Positions 41,314 to 51,504 of a stretch of DNA of 64,000 nt are shown in pieces (the stretch's first letter is position 1; every line of letters begins with the position of its first letter). Below the pieces are notes generated by a model. It made no database searches, was not told the DNA's origin, and saw only the letters and a list, made by a program, of their open reading frames with translations. Source of the DNA: an uncultured Gemmatimonadales bacterium. Lineage in GTDB: Bacteria > Gemmatimonadota > Gemmatimonadetes > Gemmatimonadales > GWC2-71-9. The position numbers and the translations under genes were made by a program. The DNA lies in contig CAWHFW010000005.1 of NCBI GenBank assembly GCA_963828735.1, positions 1,632,001-1,696,000 on the forward strand, read 5' to 3'.

Positions 41314-42060
41314 ATGGATCCTCGACGACCCCCTTGGCGCGAAGTAGCCGGGCGACGACCCGCAATGGGAGACGTGGCGCTGGTGGCCGCGCTCCGGTGC
41401 GAGGACGAAGGCGCTCTGCGCGAGTTCTATCTGCGCTTCCGTCCCATGCTCCTGGCTGCCGCCGGCCGCCTCGGGGTGGATGGCGGTGAGCGCGAGGTGC
41501 TGGCCGACGACTGCCTGGCGGACGTCGCCGTCCATCTCATCACCTCGAGTGCCCCGCCGCCCCGCTGCCTGCCGGCCTACCTGACGCGGAGTCTTCGCAA
41601 TCGGGTGCTCAACGGCGCACGGGCGCGGACCCGCGCCGAGCGTCGGGACGCTCACGCCGTGCACGCAGGTCCGGACGAAGGCGAGATCGCGGCCTGCTCG
41701 GAGCACGCCCGCCGCGCGAGCGGCGAGCCGGACGCCCCGCCGCTCTCGCCCGTGCTCGAGCGCCTCGCCACCGCCCTCGAGGCCACACTGGGCGAAGACG
41801 ACCATCTCCTTGCCGTATGGATGAGCCACTGCGCTCCCCAGCGCGACATCGCGGTCTGGCTCGGCATCGCTTACAAGGCGGCGGCCAAGAGGATCGAACG
41901 TCTCCGCGAGCGGCTGCAGCTCGCGGCGCTGCGTCACGTCGAAGGCACGGACGGCGAGGAACGCCGGGAGCTGCTCACCTTTCTCGGACGGGCCACGCTC
42001 GCACCGGGCCCGGCCGCCCGGCTCGCGGCCGTGCGCGATTCTGTGGAGGAAACGGCATGA
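41314..42060 (+). CDS. ECF-like sigma-70 factor (start 41314 or 41365)
   Basis: Region-2-like DVALVAALR...DEGALREFY...AYLTRSLRNRVLN; region-4-like HTH QRDIAVWLGIAYKAAAKRIERLRERL. Confidence 0.72.
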   Translation: MDPRRPPWREVAGRRPAMGDVALVAALRCEDEGALREFYLRFRPMLLAAAGRLGVDGGEREVLADDCLADVAVHLITSSAPPPRCLPAYLTRSLRNRVLNGARARTRAERRDAHAVHAGPDEGEIAACSEHARRASGEPDAPPLSPVLERLATALEATLGEDDHLLAVWMSHCAPQRDIAVWLGIAYKAAAKRIERLRERLQLAALRHVEGTDGEERRELLTFLGRATLAPGPAARLAAVRDSVEETA

Positions 42061-42749
42061 GCGACAGGAACGAGTGGGAGCGCGATGCGGTCGTCTGGCT
42101 CGCCGGGCGGCGCATCGAGGCCCGGGAAGGAGGCGGCCCGGCCCGCCACGCGGGGTTCGATCGCTGGCGCGCGGCCGCGGAGCGGGAAGCGGCCGCGGCA
42201 CGGTTCGCCGAACGGGTACGGGCGCGCGTGGCGACGGTCGGTCGCGGCGTGCGTCGCATCGACCACGCCCCGGAGCCGATTCGGGTCGGCCTGTCGGGCG
42301 CGCTCGCGACGACGCTCGCGGCCGCTCGAGGCCTTGGCGCGGCGCCGCTGGTCGAGCTTGGCGTCGCCGCTGGCACGGGCCGCGAGCTGCTCGACGAGGC
42401 GTGCGAGGTCTGGGTCGCGCTGCCCGCCGATCTCCCGGCCGGCCGCTACGTGGCGATCCGGGTGGTCGGAGACAGCATGGTGCCACTGCTCCATTCCGGG
42501 GACGTGGTCCTCGTGGACCTCGACGGCGCCGTCGCGGCCGGTGCGGTGGCCGTGGCCCGGCATCCGGACCATGGCTATGTCGTGAAGCGGGTAGGACGGG
42601 CGCTGGAGTCGGGGTTTTTCCTGGAATCCTTCAACCCGGCGTACCCGAGCCTCTGGCTGGCGGCGGGATCGGGGAAGCTGCTCGGGCCGGTGGTGCTTCG
42701 GTGGTGCGACCATCGCCCGTCGAAACCGAGACTTGCCACCGCTCCGTAG
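42057..42749 (+). CDS. S24-family (LexA/UmuD-type) autopeptidase with no evident N-terminal HTH
   Basis: GGAGG RBS and ATGA overlap; cleavage loop PLVELGVAAGTG, catalytic Ser in RVVGDSM, Lys in YVVKR, LESFNPAYP. Confidence 0.88.
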   Translation: MSDRNEWERDAVVWLAGRRIEAREGGGPARHAGFDRWRAAAEREAAAARFAERVRARVATVGRGVRRIDHAPEPIRVGLSGALATTLAAARGLGAAPLVELGVAAGTGRELLDEACEVWVALPADLPAGRYVAIRVVGDSMVPLLHSGDVVLVDLDGAVAAGAVAVARHPDHGYVVKRVGRALESGFFLESFNPAYPSLWLAAGSGKLLGPVVLRWCDHRPSKPRLATAP

Positions 42750-42801
42750 TCAGGGCATCATCCGCGCCGGGCGAATGCCCGGCCACCTCATCGGAGTGTC
42801 C

Positions 42802-44793
42802 ATGGCACGTTGCGTTCTGGCTCGTCGGCGGTTCCCGGTCCTGATTCTCGCGGTCACCGCCGCCTGCTCCGGCGGCAAGTCCGCGCCCACCACGCCCGCC
42901 CCGGCCACCACCCGCGAGAGCACGACCGCGCCCGCCACCGTCCACTCGCTGCCCGTGCCGGCGCTCGAGGGCTACGAGCTTGCCGTGAACCGTGGGACCC
43001 GTGGGCGGAATGGCGCGCCTGGCCCGCGCTACTGGCAGCAGTGGGCGGACTACACGCTCCAGGCGGAGCTCAATCCGGTCTCCAAGCGGATGACCGGCAA
43101 GGGCACGATCAAGTACTACAATCGCTCGCCGGACACGCTCCGCACGGTCTACATCCAGCTACTGCAGAACATCTACGCGCCGGGGGCGCGCCACAACACG
43201 AACGTGCCGTGGTCCGTCGAGGGGGTCGAGCTCACCCGCGTCGCCGCGCAGGGGGCCAGCATCGCCGAGGTCGGAGGTGACGGAGCGGGCTACGATGTGA
43301 GCGGCACGATCATGCGAGTCCGGTTGCCCAAGCCGCTCGTTCCGGGAGGCACGGCCGACCTCGCCATCGACTGGAAGCTCCGCGTTCCGCCCGACGGCGC
43401 GCCGCGTGGCGGCCAGGACGGAGAGGTCTTCTTCATGAACTACTGGTACCCGCAGATGGCCGTCTACGACGACATCAACGGGTGGCAGATCGACCAGTAT
43501 CTGGGCAACGCCGAGTTCTACATGGGGTACGGGAACTACGACGTGAGCCTCACCGTGCCGGCGGGCTGGCTGGTGACGGCCACGGGTACGCTGCAGAATC
43601 CCGACCAGGTGCTCACGGCGCAGACGCGCGCGCGGCTCGACTCGGCGCGAGCGGGGCACAGCGTGGTGCACGTGGTGACCGATCTCGAGCGCGAGCCGGG
43701 CAAGTCCACCACCGTCGGCACCGACGGCAAGCTCACCTGGCACTTCCGCGCCCAGAACGTGCGCGACGTGGCCTGGGCCACCTCAGCGCGGTATCTCTGG
43801 GACGCCACGACGGCCGCGGTCGGTGATGCCAACGGCGACGGCAAGCCCGACACCTCGTTGATCCAGGCGTTCTGGCGGCCCGAGGAGCGGACCAATCATT
43901 GGGACGAGAGCGCGCGCTACGGCCAGCACTCGATCGAGTTCTTCTCCAAGTATCTCTGGCCGTATCCCTATCCCCACATGACGGCGGTGGACGGCCCGAA
44001 CTCCTGTGGCGGCATGGAGTACCCGATGATGACATGCATCGGCGGGCAATGGGATACGCTCGGCATGTACGAGGTGACGACCCACGAGATCGGTCACATG
44101 TGGTTCCCGATGATCGTGGGCTCGGACGAAAAGCGCTTCGCCTGGATGGATGAGGGCTTCACCCAGTTCGACCAGTCGCAATCCATGGCCGACTTCTTCA
44201 AGGGATTCGACGACGAGGCGCGGAACCGGAAGAACTACATGGACTTCTCGTCCGTGGCGGGAGAGGTCGAGCTGATGCACCATGGCGACCGGTTCCCCAG
44301 CTACAACGCCTACGGCGTCGCGGCCTACTACAAGCCGGCCACCGTCCTCGTCGCGCTGCGGGGCGTGCTGGGGCGCGATCTCTTCCACAAGGCCTTCGTC
44401 GAGTATATCAGGCGCTGGCAGTACAAGCATCCGTCGCCCTATGATTTCTTCGAGACGGTCGGGGACGTCGCGGGCCGGGATCTTTCGTGGTTCTGGCGGA
44501 CCTGGTTCTTCGAGACGTGGCGTCTCGACCAGGCCATCGACACGGTCGCGATCGACGGGGACTCGTTGGACGTCTTGCTCGAGAACCGCGGCAAGGCGCC
44601 GATGCCGGTGCCCCTGGTGATCACTCGAGCCGACCGCGCCGACACGGTGACGGTCCCCGTGGACGTCTGGCTCAGCGGCGCCAAGCGGACGATGGTGAAG
44701 GTGGCCAAGGAACCGGCGGTGAAGAGCATGGAGATCGACCCGGGCCATGACTTTCCGGATATGGATCGGGACAATCAGCGGTGGCCGAGATAG
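42802..44793 (+). CDS. M1-family zinc aminopeptidase, lipoprotein
   Basis: Lipobox-like TAAC; GGMEYP, HEIGH, WMDEG. Confidence 0.92.
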   Translation: MARCVLARRRFPVLILAVTAACSGGKSAPTTPAPATTRESTTAPATVHSLPVPALEGYELAVNRGTRGRNGAPGPRYWQQWADYTLQAELNPVSKRMTGKGTIKYYNRSPDTLRTVYIQLLQNIYAPGARHNTNVPWSVEGVELTRVAAQGASIAEVGGDGAGYDVSGTIMRVRLPKPLVPGGTADLAIDWKLRVPPDGAPRGGQDGEVFFMNYWYPQMAVYDDINGWQIDQYLGNAEFYMGYGNYDVSLTVPAGWLVTATGTLQNPDQVLTAQTRARLDSARAGHSVVHVVTDLEREPGKSTTVGTDGKLTWHFRAQNVRDVAWATSARYLWDATTAAVGDANGDGKPDTSLIQAFWRPEERTNHWDESARYGQHSIEFFSKYLWPYPYPHMTAVDGPNSCGGMEYPMMTCIGGQWDTLGMYEVTTHEIGHMWFPMIVGSDEKRFAWMDEGFTQFDQSQSMADFFKGFDDEARNRKNYMDFSSVAGEVELMHHGDRFPSYNAYGVAAYYKPATVLVALRGVLGRDLFHKAFVEYIRRWQYKHPSPYDFFETVGDVAGRDLSWFWRTWFFETWRLDQAIDTVAIDGDSLDVLLENRGKAPMPVPLVITRADRADTVTVPVDVWLSGAKRTMVKVAKEPAVKSMEIDPGHDFPDMDRDNQRWPR

Positions 44794-44858
44794 GGCGAGG
44801 ACCCTCGACCCTTCGACCCCCTGACGGCCCGACCCCCCCGAAGGGTAACTTTTCCCAC

Positions 44859-47069
44859 ATGCCCCGCCTCCTGATCGTCGCCAACCGGCTGCCCATCACC
44901 GTCAGCACCACCGAGCGTGGCGTCGAGGTGCAGCGGAGCACGGGAGGGCTGGCCACCGGGCTCCTGCGCTCGCATGAGAACTCGGACGGCGTCTGGATCG
45001 GCTGGACGGGGGCCCCGGCCGACCTCAACCCCGCACAGCGGGCGGCGCTGGACCAAGAACTCGCGACGATGCGACTGGTGGGGGTGCCGCTTTCCGCCGA
45101 ACTCGTGACCAGCTTCTACGAGGGGTATTCGAACGGCGTTCTGTGGCCGCTCTTTCACTACTTATTGGACCAAGTCCCGCTCCAGATCAGCCATTGGGAC
45201 GGCTACGTGGAGGCCAACGAAGCCTTCGCCGACGTGGTAGCCGCGCACTACCGGCCCGGCGACATGATCTGGATTCACGACTACCAGCTCTTCCTGCTCC
45301 CCGGCCTCCTGCGCGAACGCCTGCCCGGAGCCCGGATCGGGTTCTTCCTCCACATTCCGTTTCCGTCCGAAGAGCTGTTCCGCACGCTGCCCTCGCGCGA
45401 CCGCCTGCTGCAGGGCATGCTCGGCGCCGACCTGGTCGGCTTCCATACACCGGCGTATCTCCGGCACTTCGCGACATCGCTGACCGACATCCTCGGTTAC
45501 ACGGTCGAGATCGACCGGGTGCAGGTGCCCGGTCGGGAGGTTCGGCTGGGAGTGTTCCCGATGGGCGTGGACGCCGCGGCGTTCGCCATGATGGCCGGGG
45601 ATCCGGCGGTGGACGGCGAAGTCCACGCCATTCGGGGCGACGGCAGCGTGCGGATCCTCTTGGGTGTGGACCGGCTGGACTATACCAAGGGGATCCCGCG
45701 TCGCCTTCTCGCCTTCGAGCGCATGCTGGAGCGGCATCCGGACCTGCGCGAGAAGGTGCGTCTGGTGCAGGTGGCCGTTCCGTCACGGACCAACGTTGGG
45801 GCCTATCAGGATTTTCGCTCGTTGGTGGATGGGCTGGTCGGTCGGATCAACGGCGCGTTCGGCACACCGCGATGGGTTCCCGTGCACTACATCTTCCGCG
45901 GGCTGCCCGAGTCCGACCTGGTCGCGCTCTATCGCGCCGCCGACGTGATGCTCGTGACCCCTCTGCGCGACGGCATGAATCTGGTCGCCAAGGAGTTTGT
46001 CGCCTCGCGGACCGACGGAGACGGCGTGCTGGTGCTGAGCGAGTTCGCCGGCGCGGCGTGGGAGCTGCCCGAGGCGCTCCAGGTCAACCCGTACGACCTC
46101 GAAGGCTCGGCCGAGCAGTACTACCGCGCGCTCATGATGCCGCGCGAGGAGCGCCGCGCGCGCCTGGCACCCCTTCGGACCCGCGTGCACACGTTCGATG
46201 TCCATCGCTGGGTGGCCTCGTTCCTCGAGTGCCTCGCCGAGATCGCCCCGGCTGAGGCGAGGCTGGCGGCGACGGCCGGCGGCGCGGCGGCCAGGCGCGA
46301 GCTGGCAGGTCGGCTCGCGGAAACGGAGGCGCTGATCCTCCTCCTCGATTACGACGGCACGCTCGTGCCATTCACGCCGACCCCCGAGCTGGCGCGGCCC
46401 GATCCCACCCTGCGCGGCCTCCTCCGCGCGCTCGCCGCGCGACCGGATACGGAGGTGCATCTGGTGAGCGGCCGGCCCCAGGAAACCCTGGATGAGTGGT
46501 TCGGCGATCTCCCGATCTGGCTCCATGCCGAGCACGGCTTCGTGTCGCGCGATCCGTCGATCCGGAATTGGGTGGCGGCGGCGGAGTTCGGCGGGAGCTG
46601 GCGCGAGCCGGTGCTGGCGATGCTCCGGGAGATCACGCAGCGGACGCCGGGGTCGCTGGTGGAGGTCAAGGCCGCCGCACTCGCGTGGCACTACCGTATG
46701 GCCGACCAGGAGACCGGCGCCCGCCGGGCCAATGAGCTCCGGCTCCACCTGAGCCAGCTGTTGAGCAACCAGCCCGTGGAGATCCTCGCGGGCAACCGGG
46801 TGATCGAGATCCGGCCCTATGGCGTGCACAAGGGGCGCATCGTTCCCGCGCTCCCGCCGGACCGGCTGGCCGCGACCACGATCCTGGCCATCGGCGACGA
46901 CCGCACCGACGAGGACCTGTTCGGCGTCCTTCCACCGGATGCCATTTCGATCAAGGTCGGGCCGGGAGATACCAAGGCGCGGTTCCGGGTGGACGGCGTG
47001 GCCGCGGTTCGACAACTGCTGCACTCGCTGGTGGACGCGGGGGTGGGCGTGGGTGCGGAGCGGGGTTAG
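44859..47069 (+). CDS. otsAB: Bifunctional trehalose-6-phosphate synthase/phosphatase
   Basis: [39 protein letters not shown] motifs LDYDGTL and GDDRTDED. Confidence 0.95.
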   Translation: MPRLLIVANRLPITVSTTERGVEVQRSTGGLATGLLRSHENSDGVWIGWTGAPADLNPAQRAALDQELATMRLVGVPLSAELVTSFYEGYSNGVLWPLFHYLLDQVPLQISHWDGYVEANEAFADVVAAHYRPGDMIWIHDYQLFLLPGLLRERLPGARIGFFLHIPFPSEELFRTLPSRDRLLQGMLGADLVGFHTPAYLRHFATSLTDILGYTVEIDRVQVPGREVRLGVFPMGVDAAAFAMMAGDPAVDGEVHAIRGDGSVRILLGVDRLDYTKGIPRRLLAFERMLERHPDLREKVRLVQVAVPSRTNVGAYQDFRSLVDGLVGRINGAFGTPRWVPVHYIFRGLPESDLVALYRAADVMLVTPLRDGMNLVAKEFVASRTDGDGVLVLSEFAGAAWELPEALQVNPYDLEGSAEQYYRALMMPREERRARLAPLRTRVHTFDVHRWVASFLECLAEIAPAEARLAATAGGAAARRELAGRLAETEALILLLDYDGTLVPFTPTPELARPDPTLRGLLRALAARPDTEVHLVSGRPQETLDEWFGDLPIWLHAEHGFVSRDPSIRNWVAAAEFGGSWREPVLAMLREITQRTPGSLVEVKAAALAWHYRMADQETGARRANELRLHLSQLLSNQPVEILAGNRVIEIRPYGVHKGRIVPALPPDRLAATTILAIGDDRTDEDLFGVLPPDAISIKVGPGDTKARFRVDGVAAVRQLLHSLVDAGVGVGAERG

Positions 47070-47081
47070 GTCGGACCACCC

Positions 47082-48215
47082 ATGCGCATCGAAACCCTCG
47101 CGGTTCACGCCGGCCACCATCCCGATCCTGCGACGGGCGCGGTGACGCCTCCAATTCACCTCACCACCACGTTCGCCCGCGACGCCGAGGGCGCCCTTCC
47201 GCACGGGTTCATCTACGCTCGCAGCGACAACCCGACCCGCCGCGAGCTCGAGACCTCACTCGCCGCGCTCGAGGGTGGCGAGACGGCCCTGGCCTTCGCG
47301 TCCGGCATGGCGGCCACCGCAGCCGTGTTCCAGTCGATGCTGCCGGGCGAGCACGTCGTCGCCCCACAGGACGCCTACTACGGCACGGCGAAGCTCCTGC
47401 GCGAGGTGATGGCCGGCTGGGGGCTCGACAGTACGCTGGTGGACATGGCCGACACGCACGCGGTCGCGGAGGCGGTGCGGCCCGAGACCCGGCTCATCTG
47501 GATCGAGACGCCGTCGAACCCGAGCCTCGCCGTCACCGATATCCCGCGGATTTCCGCGATCGCGCGGGCGGCGGGCGCGCGCTGCGTCTGCGACAACACG
47601 TGGGCCACGCCCATGCTCCAGCGGCCGCTCGCGCTCGGCTGCGACGCGGTGATGCACTCGACGACCAAGTACCTGGGCGGCCACAGCGATCTGACCGGCG
47701 GCGCGCTGGTGCTCCCGGCCGACGACGAGTGGGCCGCCCGCCTCCGCACGCTGCAGCAGCTCGGCGGCGCGGTCCCTTCCGCGTTCGACTGCTGGCTGCT
47801 GATGCGCGGCATCCGAAGTCTGGCCTGGCGAATGCGCGGGCACTGCGAGAACGCGGCTCGGGTCGCGTCGTTTCTCGCGTCCCACCCGGCTGTGGAGGTG
47901 GTGCACTACCCCGGCCTCGCGAGCGACCCGGGCCACGCGGTCGCCGGGCGACAGATGACGGCCTTCGGAGGAATGGTCTCGATACAGGTGAAGGGCGGCG
48001 CCGACGCCGCGCTCGGCGTCGTGCGGCAGGTGAAGCTGTTCACGCCGGCCACCAGCCTGGGGGGAACGGAAAGCCTGATCGAGCACCGGGCGTCGGTGGA
48101 AGGACCGGAGAGCCGCACGCCGCCCGGCCTGCTGCGGCTCTCGATTGGATTGGAACACGCCGAGGACCTGGTCGGGGATCTCGACCAGGCGCTGCGCGCC
48201 GCTACTCGCTGCTGA
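47082..48215 (+). CDS. Cystathionine gamma-synthase/lyase family PLP enzyme
   Basis: YAR-x-DNPTR, FASGMAA, IETPSNP, HSTTKYLGGHSD, SLGGTESL. Confidence 0.93.
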   Translation: MRIETLAVHAGHHPDPATGAVTPPIHLTTTFARDAEGALPHGFIYARSDNPTRRELETSLAALEGGETALAFASGMAATAAVFQSMLPGEHVVAPQDAYYGTAKLLREVMAGWGLDSTLVDMADTHAVAEAVRPETRLIWIETPSNPSLAVTDIPRISAIARAAGARCVCDNTWATPMLQRPLALGCDAVMHSTTKYLGGHSDLTGGALVLPADDEWAARLRTLQQLGGAVPSAFDCWLLMRGIRSLAWRMRGHCENAARVASFLASHPAVEVVHYPGLASDPGHAVAGRQMTAFGGMVSIQVKGGADAALGVVRQVKLFTPATSLGGTESLIEHRASVEGPESRTPPGLLRLSIGLEHAEDLVGDLDQALRAATRC

Positions 48216-48615
48216 CGGCCTCGGGCTGGATTCGTCGCAGGGCGCGCTTGGCGGCCGCGGCGATCTCGTCGTTGATCTCCTCGTCCATCATCTTCTTGAG
48301 CTTCGGGACCGCGGCCTTGGCGGCCGGACCGATCTCGGCCAGCGCGACCGTGACGGGGAACCGCACCGACGCCTCGGAATCGTCGAGCGCCTCGATGAGC
48401 GCCGGCACGGCGGGAGCAGCCGCCGGGCCCATCCCCGAGATCTCGTAGGCAGCGGCGTTCCGCGTCTGCGGGGCGATGGCCTTGAGGTCGGCGACCCACT
48501 CGGTCAGCGTCCGCCCGTCCGCCACGGGCTCCTTGGCGGTCGCTCCCTGCGCCCACGCGCTCGACGTCAGGACCAGCGCGGCTACGGCAAGCGGGCCCAG
48601 GATTCGTTTCGACAT
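48202..48615 (-). CDS. Secreted HEAT-repeat protein
   Basis: Signal peptide; GPAAAPAVPALIEAL and GPAAKAAVPKL repeats. Confidence 0.8.
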   Translation of the reverse strand: MSKRILGPLAVAALVLTSSAWAQGATAKEPVADGRTLTEWVADLKAIAPQTRNAAAYEISGMGPAAAPAVPALIEALDDSEASVRFPVTVALAEIGPAAKAAVPKLKKMMDEEINDEIAAAAKRALRRIQPEAVSSE

Positions 48616-48632
48616 GCAGCCTCCAACGAGGG

Positions 48633-49589
48633 TCATTTCGCGGGGCGCGACCGCGCCCCTGACGAAATATAGGCGTACATCCCCTCGAAGACGGCGGCGC
48701 CGCGCTCGAGCCGCTCGGCGTCGTCCGGATAGGCCACGACCAGCCCGTTGATCAGCGCGGCGATTCCCGGCACCTCGGGTCGGCCGAACTTTTCGTCCTT
48801 GAGATCCACGTCGTGAACGATCTCGGCGAGCGCCCGAAGGCCCGGCTCGCCGAGCCCGAAGCGCGTGAGCAAGGTCTCGAACGTGCAGCGATCACCCTCG
48901 TGGGTGAACTCGCCCTGATACATGTCGAAGCGGAGCTCGCCGGGCTCGGGCTGGTAGCCCTTGGCCGGCACGAACTTGAACCGCGCGGCCGGATCGATGA
49001 ACCGGCGGATGAGCCAGGCGCTCGAGATCCGGTCCACCTTGACGCCGGTGCGTGTGACCCAGGTGGCGCCAGACGGTCGGGGGACGGATCCCTGCTCGGC
49101 GACCTCGGTCCCGCGTTCGGAGAGGGCGGCTTCCGCCGCCGCCCGACCCGGCGCGTCGAAGAAGTCGAGCCGCTCAGTCTCCTCCAGCCGGCGACGCAGG
49201 CGGTCCCTCGCCTCGTCGGATCGGTCGTCACCGCCCAGGGACCGCGCTTCCTCCGCGATCGCCGCGTAGTCGGATGTCCGCTCGGATTCGAACATGGTCC
49301 GGATCTCCTCGTCGCTGATGCCCGCCAGAAACTGTCCGCGACAGAGCGCGGCCTCGCCCCCCTCCGCTCGGATCTCCCGCACCAGCCACTCGAAGTCCTC
49401 CCGCGTGTCCGCTCGCCGAGGCAGCACGTAGACGGAGTTCTTGAGCGCCACAGCCCCGATGCGCTGCAGACGGCGGCGGACCTTCACGCGGAAGTAGTCC
49501 GGCTTGGGCGGGATCTGGTGGAAGAGCACGAGCCATTCGGGCGGGCGGGTGCCGCCCTCTTGCGCGAATATCGCAGTTGAATCATTCAT
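48633..49589 (-). CDS. chrB: ChrB-family chromate-resistance regulator
   Basis: WLVLFHQIPPKPDYFRVK...GAVALKNSVYVLP; WVTR...DRISSAWLIRRFIDP; FTHEGDRCTFE. Confidence 0.9.
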   Translation of the reverse strand: MNDSTAIFAQEGGTRPPEWLVLFHQIPPKPDYFRVKVRRRLQRIGAVALKNSVYVLPRRADTREDFEWLVREIRAEGGEAALCRGQFLAGISDEEIRTMFESERTSDYAAIAEEARSLGGDDRSDEARDRLRRRLEETERLDFFDAPGRAAAEAALSERGTEVAEQGSVPRPSGATWVTRTGVKVDRISSAWLIRRFIDPAARFKFVPAKGYQPEPGELRFDMYQGEFTHEGDRCTFETLLTRFGLGEPGLRALAEIVHDVDLKDEKFGRPEVPGIAALINGLVVAYPDDAERLERGAAVFEGMYAYISSGARSRPAK

Positions 49590-49606
49590 AGTATCAACTG
49601 TAGCAT
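49574..49606. promoter_or_regulatory. Inverted repeat CAGTTGA-N13-TCAACTG overlapping a putative promoter
   Basis: 7-bp perfect arms in an AT-rich patch between divergent genes; TTGAAT-18 bp-TAGCAT. Confidence 0.55.
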
Positions 49607-49634
49607 TCCATGAAGCCTGCCGCAAGGAGGCCCC

Positions 49635-50027
49635 ATGCAGCGGCAATTCGATCTGGTCTACGCCTACCTGGCCCTGGGTCAGCGGCCCGGCAACGCGGGC
49701 GAGGTGGACGAGCGCACGAGGCTCCTGGTGCGCGAGCTGGCCGCGGAGCGAAGCGGGTGTCGCTGGTGCATCGACCGGACGCGGCACGACTGGCGCGTGG
49801 CCGGGTTGCCGGTGGATCTTCTGTCCGACATCGGCCGCCATGATTCGGCGTCCGCGTTCACCGAGGCCGAGCGTTCTGCGCTCGCGCTGGTGGACTCGAT
49901 CGCCTGCGCGACCGGGCGCGCCGCCGAGGCCATGTCCCAAGTCCGCCGCCACTTTTCCGAGCGCGCGATGGCCGAGCTCATCGCGTGCATGGCCGACCAC
50001 CACCTTATCGCCGACGGGCATCCATGA
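49635..50027 (+). CDS. AhpD/carboxymuconolactone-decarboxylase-like protein
   Basis: AAGGAGG RBS; GCRWC; FTEAERSAL; RRHFSE. Confidence 0.75.
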   Translation: MQRQFDLVYAYLALGQRPGNAGEVDERTRLLVRELAAERSGCRWCIDRTRHDWRVAGLPVDLLSDIGRHDSASAFTEAERSALALVDSIACATGRAAEAMSQVRRHFSERAMAELIACMADHHLIADGHP

Positions 50028-51415
50028 CCGCTCGCCTCCGCATCGCGCTCTGCTTCGCCGCTCTCTCGCTGCCGGCCCTGGGCTCGCTCCAGGCGCAGCA
50101 GGCTGACATCGCCACCGCCTATCGCGCCGCGGCGGACAGTCTGATCCGAGCCGCTACCGCGGACAGCGCGGCCTACCAACGACTCGGCCGTTTGGTGGAC
50201 ACGTTCGGCAGCCGCATCAGCGGCTCGGCGAGCCTCGAGGCGGCGATCGACTGGATCCTCGACACGATGAAGGACGACGGCTTGCAGAACGTGCGGGGCG
50301 AGCCGGTCATGGTACCGCACTGGGTTCGCGGCGAGGAATCGGCCGAGCTGGTGAAGCCGCGGCGGGCAAAGCTCGCCATGCTTGGGCTCGGCATGAGCGT
50401 CGGCACGCCGCGGAAGGGCATCACCGCGCCGGTGCTGGTGGTGGGATCGCTGGACGAGCTGCAGCAGCGCGCCGCGGAGGCCAAGGGGAAGATCGTCCTG
50501 CTCGACGTGCCGTTCACCGACTACGTCGCCACGCGGAAGGTCCGGACCGACGGTCCTTCCGCGGCGGCGAAGGTCGGCGCGGTCGCATGCCTCATCCGTT
50601 CGGTGGCGTCCAGCTCGATCCGGAGCCCGCACACCGGCCAGACGCGCTACGACTCGACCGCGGCGAAGATCCCCGCGGCCGCGCTCAGCGTGGAGGACGC
50701 GGCGATGCTGCATCGGTTCCAGAATCGCGGCGAGCCGATCGTGCTCACGCTTCGCATGGGGGCCAAGACCTTGCCCGATGCGCCGTCGCGCAACGTGGTG
50801 GCCGAGGTGGTCGGACGGGAGAAGCCGGACGAGGTAGTCGTCGTGGGCGGCCACATCGATTCTTGGGACGTGGGGCAGGGCGCGATGGACGACGGAGGCG
50901 GCTCGGTGGCGGCGTGGGAGGCCGTCCGGCTGATGCAGCGCCTCAACCTCCACCCTCGACGCACCGTGCGCGTGGTGCTCTGGACCAACGAGGAGAACGG
51001 CGGCGCCGGGGCCGAGGCCTATGCCGCTTCGCAGGCAGCTCAGGTGGACAAGCACGTCCTCGCGATCGAGTCGGACAACGGCGTGTTCAATCCCAAGGGG
51101 TTCGTCCTGGCGGCCTCGGACTCGTCGGCGGCGGTGGTGCGGCAGGTGGCGGCGCTGCTCCAGTCCATCAACGCGACGGAGGTGCAGCGCGTGACCGAGA
51201 GTCCCGCCGCGGACATCACTCCCCTCGCCAAGCAGGGCGTGCCCACCATGGAGCTCGACGTGGACAGCGGCCGCTACTTCTGGTATCACCACAGCGAAGG
51301 CGACATGCTGGACAAGCTGGACCCCGGCGAGATGGCGCGGTGCGTGGCGTCGATCGCGGTCATGGCCTACGTGGTCGCGGACCTGCCGGACGCCCTTCCG
51401 CACGCGACGAACTGA
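50024..51415 (+). CDS. M28-family peptidase (carboxypeptidase Q-like), secreted
   Basis: GGHIDSWDVGQGAMDDGGG, WTNEE, ESDNG, YHH. Confidence 0.92.
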   Translation: MTARLRIALCFAALSLPALGSLQAQQADIATAYRAAADSLIRAATADSAAYQRLGRLVDTFGSRISGSASLEAAIDWILDTMKDDGLQNVRGEPVMVPHWVRGEESAELVKPRRAKLAMLGLGMSVGTPRKGITAPVLVVGSLDELQQRAAEAKGKIVLLDVPFTDYVATRKVRTDGPSAAAKVGAVACLIRSVASSSIRSPHTGQTRYDSTAAKIPAAALSVEDAAMLHRFQNRGEPIVLTLRMGAKTLPDAPSRNVVAEVVGREKPDEVVVVGGHIDSWDVGQGAMDDGGGSVAAWEAVRLMQRLNLHPRRTVRVVLWTNEENGGAGAEAYAASQAAQVDKHVLAIESDNGVFNPKGFVLAASDSSAAVVRQVAALLQSINATEVQRVTESPAADITPLAKQGVPTMELDVDSGRYFWYHHSEGDMLDKLDPGEMARCVASIAVMAYVVADLPDALPHATN

Positions 51416-51504
51416 AGGGCGGCATCCGGTGGCGCCGGGCATGGGGGGCGAAACCGTCCGTCGCCCCCCCGCGTAGGCCTTGGTACCTCTCACATCCCGA
51501 GCCC

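Noticed and set aside
42057..42749. Calling the S24 gene lexA or umuD
   Set aside because: No LexA winged-helix N-terminus is evident and no umuC/dinB-type partner is adjacent.
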